Below, one piece after another: positions 56,058-64,000 of a stretch of 64,000 nt of DNA (position 1 is its first letter; every line of letters starts with the position of its first letter). Source of the stretch: Octopus vulgaris. Its lineage: Eukaryota. The stretch lies in NCBI GenBank assembly GCA_951406725.2, contig OX597821.1, positions 9,920,001 to 9,984,000 of the forward strand, given 5' to 3'. The position numbers were made by a program, and so were the translations under genes. Below the pieces are notes generated by a model. It was not told the DNA's origin and searched no databases. It worked only from the letters and a program-made list of their open reading frames with translations.

Positions 56058-56447
56058 TATTTATAATAATAATAATCATAATAATAATAATAATAAGGAT
56101 AATGGGAAGATGATGCTGATGATGATCTAGAAAATATAATGTTGGTCGTTGGTCATATATTAAAAACAAAACTTTTCTATAAATTTGTTCACATAAATGT
56201 GTTTTTGGTTGGGTTCCCCTTTACACCGGAATTTATTCCATCATAACTTTCGGGAAAATAATAACTGTTTATGAAATTAAGCAATGATGTACTTTCTAGA
56301 GTTAAGATTCATTAACATTTAGACATTTGGCAAACTAAATATAAGAGATTAAATGTGTCATTTACATTTTTATAAATGTTTCAAGTGATTTATCTACATT
56401 ATCAAATTTGTTTCGTATAACTTTTCATAAATAGTACACACACACAT

Positions 56448-56612
56448 AGGCGCAGGAGTGGCTGTGTGGTAAGTAGCTTGCTAACCAACCACATGGTTCC
56501 AGGTTCAGTCTCACTGCGTGACACCTTAGGCAAGTGTCTTCTGTTATAGCCCCGGGCCGACCAATGCCTTGTGAGTGGATTTGGTTACGGAATCTGAAAG
56601 AAGCCTGTCGTA

Positions 56613-56666
<54 letters not shown>

Positions 56667-56887
56667 TGTGTGTGTTTGTGTGTCTGTGTTTGTCCCCCTA
56701 GCATTGCTTGACAACCGATGCTGGTGTGCTTACGTCCCCGTCACTTAGTGGTTCGGCAAAAGATCCCCATAGAATAAGTATTGGGCTTACAAAGAATAAG
56801 TCCCGGGGTCGAGTTGCTCGACTAAAGGCGGTGCTCCAGCATGGCCGCAGTCAAATGACTGAAACAAGTAAGAGAGTAAGGAGAAAG
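56448..56887 (+). mobile_element. SINE family C, full length, probable TSD
   Basis: All modules present; agtacacaca at 56433-56442 and 56888-56897. Confidence 0.93.
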
Positions 56888-57487
56888 AGTACACACAACG
56901 CACAGACACATTAATTTTTTTACAGTAACACGTTTGATGTCGTTCATAAGAATCCAGAAGAAATTTAACTAATATTAGAGTTTTAGAAAATCAAAGGAAA
57001 GAAAGACGCTGGTGAATGTCTGAATGAACAGACACTTCTGCCCCCCACCCCTCCCCGCTCATCCGCATAAATCGTTGCAAAGTTCCAAATATTCATTTTA
57101 CGGAAAGTTGAGAAGAAACGAATAGACGAAGCTACAAATTGTATTTAGTTTTTTTTGTTTTTTTTCTTACACACTCACACACACAGACATACACATAAGA
57201 CAAATACATGTACGTACAACGAATCAATATTGGACTTAAACAATTTCGGGAGTTATAAGATTAATATGTTCTTTTATTCATTATTGTTTTGGAGTTGAAC
57301 ACACTTCCCTGCGTCACCGGTATTTTATTCTCTTCAGGTTGAAGAATCATTACGGATTTCATCTACGTGATTATATTTTTCTTTCCTTTCAATTTCAAAA
57401 ACGAAACAAGCACAATTTTTAACATTTTATACACACCCACACAACTCCGAAATATCGTCCAACTTCAAAAAGTTATGTGTGTGTGTG

Positions 57488-57563
<76 letters not shown>

Positions 57564-58145
57564 CATGTATGTATGTGTACTATAAATTTCACTTACCTCT
57601 TTATCTTGGGAAGTTGGTATTTCTCAACCACAAGGTAGCAAAAGAACGCAAAGTTATAAACACGGCAGTTTGTTGATAGTATTTAGTTTATAAGAAAAGA
57701 TATGTATAGTGTGTTTGTTTGATCGATGTATTTATGAATGTATAACTATTTATATCTGACACTTACAGATATACACACACATACATATGCGTGTGCCTGT
57801 GTGCGTGTTCGTGTGTTTCTGGGTGAGTCTACGTGTGTCTGTTGTTGAGCCTGCGTGTGTGTGTGTGTGTGTGTGTGTGTACGTGCGTGTGTGTGTATGT
57901 GTGTGTGTGTGTGTGTGGGTATGTGTGTTGGAAGCACACCACACTATTTCTCTTGCAATTTTATTTAGATCTACGTTGAAATATATGTTTGTGTGAGTGC
58001 GGTGCGTGTGCGTATGTGTGTTTGTGTATGTAAGTATATGTGTGTTGTGTGTGAATGTATGTGAGATGCGTGCGGTGCACCAATACTCTTCCGTTAAAAC
58101 GGTTCTGATCTCCGTATCTCTCTCTCTCCTTTCTCTATCGATACC

Positions 58146-58184
<39 letters not shown>

Positions 58185-58240
58185 ATGTAATGTGCGAGTG
58201 TGTATGTGTGTGTTTATGATATATATATATATATATGTGT

Positions 58241-58320
58241 ATATATATAAATTTATATATGTATGTATATGTATATAAATTTATATATGTATGTATATGT
58301 ATATAAATTTATATATGTAT
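58241..58320. repeat. 30-bp minisatellite, about 2.7 copies
   Basis: Repeats of gtatataaatttatatatgtatgtatat-like units. Confidence 0.8.
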
Positions 58321-59486
58321 CTATATAATATTTTCAAACTTTTATTTTTATTTTGGATGTTTTAAGAAAGGTCGATAATCTATAATTGATAATTTTTAAA
58401 ACGTATGTTTCTCGTGTTTTTAACCTCATTTGTTTGTAAGACTTTGCTTCAATGTTTGAATGTCGATACAAAAATTTATCAGTCAGATAAATGTCATTAA
58501 GTATATAATTTTTCTCTGTTAGCTTAACTTTATGTGTGAATTCGTTTACGCATATAAGCTTGTATGAGATTTTGTATTTTCTGCATGCGTAATTATGTGG
58601 ACTCAGTACAATGTGCGCTTCAATGTATCCGTAAGTTTATCATAAGCTTTTTTTTTATGTGTAGGCTGACTGATGCATTTTTTGCGTAAGATTCGCCTCA
58701 TCAAGGCACACACACACACACTCTCACCCACGCACACACATTAATGTGTGTATGTTAGTGTTTGTGTGTGTGCGTTTCTATGTGTGTGTGTGTGTATTAT
58801 ATGTGCCTTTGTTTATTTGTAAGTTCTAGATGGATCAATCGATACCTAGACAGATAGATAATGACATTGATAGATAGATATAGTGATATGCAGATAGAAA
58901 TTATCCTGCGATATTTTACGCTGTACAATAGAAATATTTTACCCACTGAATACTTATTCACGTTCTTCTAAGCTAATTAACTAAAAAGAAAATCATTGTA
59001 TTAAAAGCTACATTGCAATGTTTATCTTTGATCGTCACGTTGTTGTTAACTATATGAGCAACTTTCTATAAGAAATATGCCTTGCTTATATATGTTTTTA
59101 TTCGTGTGTGCAACGCAGTTGTTTGTCTGTGGTTCTGTGTATATGTGCGTGCGTAACAAATTATCAATTTAGTTGTTTGATTTCAATTAGACCATTGGAA
59201 TAACTGGAAAGTTTGTTATCGGCTTCTGTTTTCTACCTTTGCTTTCTTAATCTCTATCATTGCATTTATCCAGCATCAATAAACAAACCGCTTCATCGGC
59301 TAAACGTTCCCGCATGTGGCGAACATTATGAGCAGCAGTGGAGTGAAACATGAGCTTTTCTCAATAAAAATAAGCACTAGCTTGTGTATTGAGTGCTCTT
59401 TGGATCTCTCGTTGGCGACGTATTCTGTGCGTACGGGTACGTGGTGTGTGTACGTGCACGCATGTATGCATGTATATGTATGTGTG

Positions 59487-59518
<32 letters not shown>

Positions 59519-60722
59519 GTGAGAGAGGGGGTGAGCGAGAGAGAGAGGAAGAGAGATATAGAAAGGGAGAAAGAGAAACACAGCGAAGGAGAGTGGGAGC
59601 TAGAGAGAGAGAGAGTGAGTGAGTGAGAGGAAGAGTGGGGGAAGGACAGACCAGTTGGTTTTAGCGAAGAGAAAATAGCAAAACTTTGAAATCAGAAATG
59701 ACAGCTAAAATACATCCTGCTGTCTCAAAGAAATATTAACGTCGGATTAAAAGAAATATGCCGAATTATATTAGGTAGTAATTATAAATGAATTATTATA
59801 TGTTACGTATGATACTAAAATATAAAGTTAGATTTTAGAATATAAATAAAATAAAAACTAATGTATAACTCTATATTAATTTTGTCGGAGCTTCAGCACA
59901 TTTAAAGAGGCGTTTACTATATATTGAATGATTATAAGTGAATAAAGACAATGCTATTATTTTGAAATTTCTTCCGGTAAAATGTAAATGAAACGAAGGT
60001 TTGTTTACACATGTGCTTGTTGGTGTTCCAATAATTACTGTGTATGTGTGCGCGTGTGAATGGCAGCAACGTTGACTTCTCGCTTTAAGTAGCTGACTGT
60101 ACGAGCTGCTGTTGCTGAAGCTCGCAGAGAAGATGAATGACAAACACCGTGCGAAGGAATGGAATAATGGGGTGGTGGAGAAAAGGAAAAGATCTCAGAG
60201 AATATACAGAAGCAGAAAGATAGTAAGTTGCCAGAGAGTGAAAGGGAAAAAGGAAATAGGATGGGATAAATACGTGAGAGTGAGAGAGAAAGGCCGAGAG
60301 GAACAAAAAAGTGAGAGAGAAAGAAAGAGAGAGAATAAGAAAGCGAGAGAGTGTGAGAGTGAGAGTGAGAGAAGGCGATGGCTGTATTAAATCAAGTTTC
60401 TAACTAAATTCTTCCAGTTGTGTTAGTTGTTCTTTTTTATGTTAGCTTTCTGATACAACACCGTGCATGATCATCCGTTTTGGATGCAAGAGAAAATGGT
60501 TTGTTAGATATTTATGTTCTGTAATGAAAATATATTTACGTGTTTTTGCTATGGATATTCTTCTGTGTGATCGTAATAACCGACTGCTCTCTTTCTTTTT
60601 GTTCTTCTCTTTTCCTTTTAATTTGCTCTCCTATATCTTTATATTACCGTTATACATTTATGCGTGTGTGTAATATGTTAGTACGTCTCCGTACAAATAT
60701 ATGTACGGAGTTTCTAAAACAG

Positions 60723-60765
<43 letters not shown>

Positions 60766-60833
60766 TGTGTGAGTGAGTGCCTGTGTGTGTGTGTGTGTGT
60801 GAGTGTGTGAGTGCGTGCGTGCGTGTGTGTGTG

Positions 60834-60864
<31 letters not shown>

Positions 60865-62004
60865 ATTTATGTAGGTGTTAGAGTGCGTTATATTGTATTT
60901 TATGCAAATAATTGCCGGAAATATTCAATTCTTACATCCTCACTGCAATTAAGTTTAGACTTTATCACAATCGTCTGGAACTCTTTCTCATTTTCTTGCG
61001 GTCTAATTTCTGACATCACTGAACATCTCCAGGTTCCTTAGGATTTCACATGTTCTGTTATATAATGTTGCATCGTTATGTTTTGTCTCCACGAAATAGT
61101 GTCCAATTCGAAACTATTATCGACTTCGTAAAGTTTTTACAGTTAATGAAAACTGAAGTAAGGATTATCAGAACGGAATAAACATCGAGTGAAAGAGAAT
61201 GGGGAGAGAAAGAGAGAAGCACAAACTGAGAGAAAAAGAGAAACAAACGTTAAGAGTGAAACTAAGAAGAGTACAGATACGTGAGAAACAGATAGAAAAA
61301 TGGGAAAGACAAAAGTAAGCCAAAGTCTCTAAAAAAATATAAAAAGAATGAATGAAATCAAATAAGATAAAATAAAGAACTATATAAAGGAAAGAGAGAA
61401 GAGTCACGGGAGAAAGGATGGCGTGAAAGATAAAGAGAGAAATGAGATGTATTAATAAATTGACAGAAAGAAAAAGTGAAAGACGGATGGATGTTCGCTG
61501 AAGAAGACGGAGCGATAGGAAGAAAAGGATATGTATTAAAAATAAGAGAGAGAGAGAATTATAACGAAAAGTTGTAGGAGGAAGTGAGTGACAGAGTCGG
61601 TAAAAGAGAGAAATTTAGGAAGAGTTAGGGAAAAGAAAGAAAGAGAGAAAAATAAAGCGGATGCGCGTTAGAGAGAGTGAGAGAGTGAAAGAGGGAGCGA
61701 GGGAGTTAAAGTGGAGAAAGGATAAAAGATGAAAGCGAAATGAAAGACTGAACAAAAGAGAGGATATGTAAGACAGAAATATAACAGTAGGAGTACTATT
61801 GGAAGTGGGAGTTGAAGCAGTGATAGAATTGCTGGAATGGACTGAAAAGTTTAGTGGGTATGGGATGAGTACAGGGGCAGGGTGATGTTCATAGACGGAG
61901 AAAGTGGGTGGATGTAATGCCTCGTAAAGAAAAGTGATGAGAGAGAATCAACAGCAATAAAATGGGGGAAGAATTAACACACACACACACACACATACAT
62001 GCAT

Positions 62005-62042
<38 letters not shown>

Positions 62043-62097
62043 CATATAATATATATATATATATATATACCATGTATATATAACTTATATATCACTT

Positions 62098-62344
62098 ATA
62101 CTCTCTCTTTTACTTGTTTCAGTCATTTGACTGCGGCTATGCTGGAGCACCGTCTTTAGTCGAGCAAATCGACCCCGGGACTTATTCTTTGTAAGGGCAG
62201 TACTTATTCTATCGGTCTCTTTTACCGAACCGATAAGTGACGGGGACGTAAACACACCAGCATTGGTTGTCAAGCAATGCTAGGGGGACAAACACAAACA
62301 CTCAAACACACACACATACATACATACATATATATATATATATT

Positions 62345-62375
<31 letters not shown>

Positions 62376-62530
62376 ACGACAGGCTTCTTTCAGTTTCCGT
62401 CTACCAAATCCATTGGTCGGCCCGGGGCTATAGCAGAAGTCACTCGCCCAAGATGCCGCGCAGTGGGACTGAACCCGGAACCATGTGGTTGGTTAGCAAG
62501 CTATTTACCACACACCCACTCCTGCGCCTA
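62098..62530 (-). mobile_element. SINE family C, near full length
   Basis: Reverse complement of 56448-56887. Confidence 0.92.
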
Positions 62531-62627
62531 TACTTATATATATATTATATATATTTCATATTATATATATATATATATTATATACTACATATATATATCT
62601 CATGTTATATATATGTATACATATATC

Positions 62628-62810
62628 AGGAGCACTCCGTCGGTTAGGATGACGAGGGTCCCAGCTGATACTATCAACGGAACAGCTTGCTCGTGTAATT
62701 AACGTGCAAGTGGCTGAGCAATCCTCAGACAGGTGTACCCCTAACGTAGATCTCAGGCAGATTAAGCGTAACAAAAACTGTGACAAGGATGGCCCTTTGA
62801 AATACACTTA
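62628..62810 (-). mobile_element. SINE A1 3' body fragment
   Basis: gagcactccgtcggtt...caacggaacagcttgctcgtg...ggccctttgaaatac. Confidence 0.85.
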
Positions 62811-63269
62811 AAACTCATTGTTGCCAGCTGAGTGGACAGTCGACAGACACACACACGCATATATGTGTGTATGTGTATATGTGTTAGGGAATGTGTGAGT
62901 GAATGAGTGAGAGATTGTGTATATGAACGTGCACGCACGCATTTGTATATGTATGATTATTTTTATTTTCTAAACACAACGGTAATGTAATTTTGAGGTT
63001 AACATCCCATAACGTAGGGGGTCAGACGGAATAAATAATGTCTAAAATTCAAAAATTGGAAACGAACGAAGTATCAGATCGATATGACTTGAAACCTTCA
63101 AGAGGTTACCCAGAGATGTCGGAGTACAGTGCCAAAAACAAACAAAAGAGAGTACAATTAAAGATTGAACGAACACGCTCACACACACACAAACACACGC
63201 ACCCGCGTACACATACGCACCCTGTGTACACACACGTACACACACACACACACAGAAGTGCAAAGAAAG

Positions 63270-63490
63270 TGACAGCAAATTGGTATGAACTGCAGTCTGG
63301 CATAGATGCTAGCGGTAAAGTGCTTAACGGCAGTTTTTTTCATCGTTTTTAATTCAACATTTCGTTAGGACCATTTGCGTTTGTCTTTTTCAGAGGTTAA
63401 TAAATTATGTACCTGTTGAGCACTGGGGTAGATGTAAATGACTTATTCCCTCCTATAAAACTGATGGTCTTGTGCTAAAAGTAAAATCTC
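63270..63490 (+). mobile_element. SINE family B copy (old)
   Basis: aagtgcttaacggcag...taataaattatgtacctgttgagcactggggtagatgtaaatgact. Confidence 0.6.
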
Positions 63491-63836
63491 AGAAAACGGC
63501 AATGTATGAGAGAACTGTGTAGGAAAATAATATTTAAATATGATTCGAAAAGGATGAGAAGCGGGTGGGATCCTGAGAGGCGGGTACTTGCGTGAGATTG
63601 TTTCTACCCTTATGCGCGCGACTGCTTGTGTATATGTGTGTTTATGTGTTAATGCATGGCTGTTTTTAAATCTCTTTTTTCCTGTTGAAGGTCAAATCGG
63701 ATCCACCAAGTCTTCTGATGAAAATCGTTCAACCGGAAGTTACACATTTATGTTATTTTTTTTCTTTTCAAACACTGTCTATCGCTGACTAACGTAATCT
63801 ATGTGTGTCTTTCTAAGTAGTGTTAAGATGCTTCCT

Positions 63837-63883
<47 letters not shown>

Positions 63884-64000
63884 CTCTCTCTCACTCTCTC
63901 TTTCTCTCTCTCTCTATATATATATATATCCATCTCTCTTTATTTCTCTTTGTTTTGAGGATGGGAAACTGAACTGCTACTTCTAGGGTGCATATGTTAG

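Noticed and set aside
63670-63745. Possible acceptor/mini-exon or CUGAUGA hammerhead
   Set aside because: No good splice donor; CUGAUGA is not followed by a stem II and GAAA.

Overview
AT-rich eukaryotic DNA saturated with microsatellites: (TA)n, (TG)n, (AAT)n, (GATA)n and (ACT)n. The repeat families match my recollection of octopod cephalopod (Octopus-like) repeats; this is an inference, not a database match. I can support no intact host protein-coding gene, and nearly all ORF-track entries are translated microsatellites, so the window reads as intergenic or a large intron. It contains three tRNA-headed SINE groups in many copies, a full-length decayed mariner (16080-17334), a maT-like fragment, stacked Helitron-like elements, RTE, CR1-like and three R4/Dong-like LINE relics, and a long inverted repeat. 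The most notable hidden signal is a set of hammerhead-ribozyme motifs in short (TA)n-embedded repeats resembling Penelope pseudo-LTRs or retrozymes. One has an intact core and extended stems (16-108), two form a tandem pair of minimal dimer-type motifs (32248-32724), and several are decayed. A second signal is an (AAT)n-array compartment holding Dong-like LINE ends and a structured ~555-bp non-coding repeat. All alignments and folds were done by eye.
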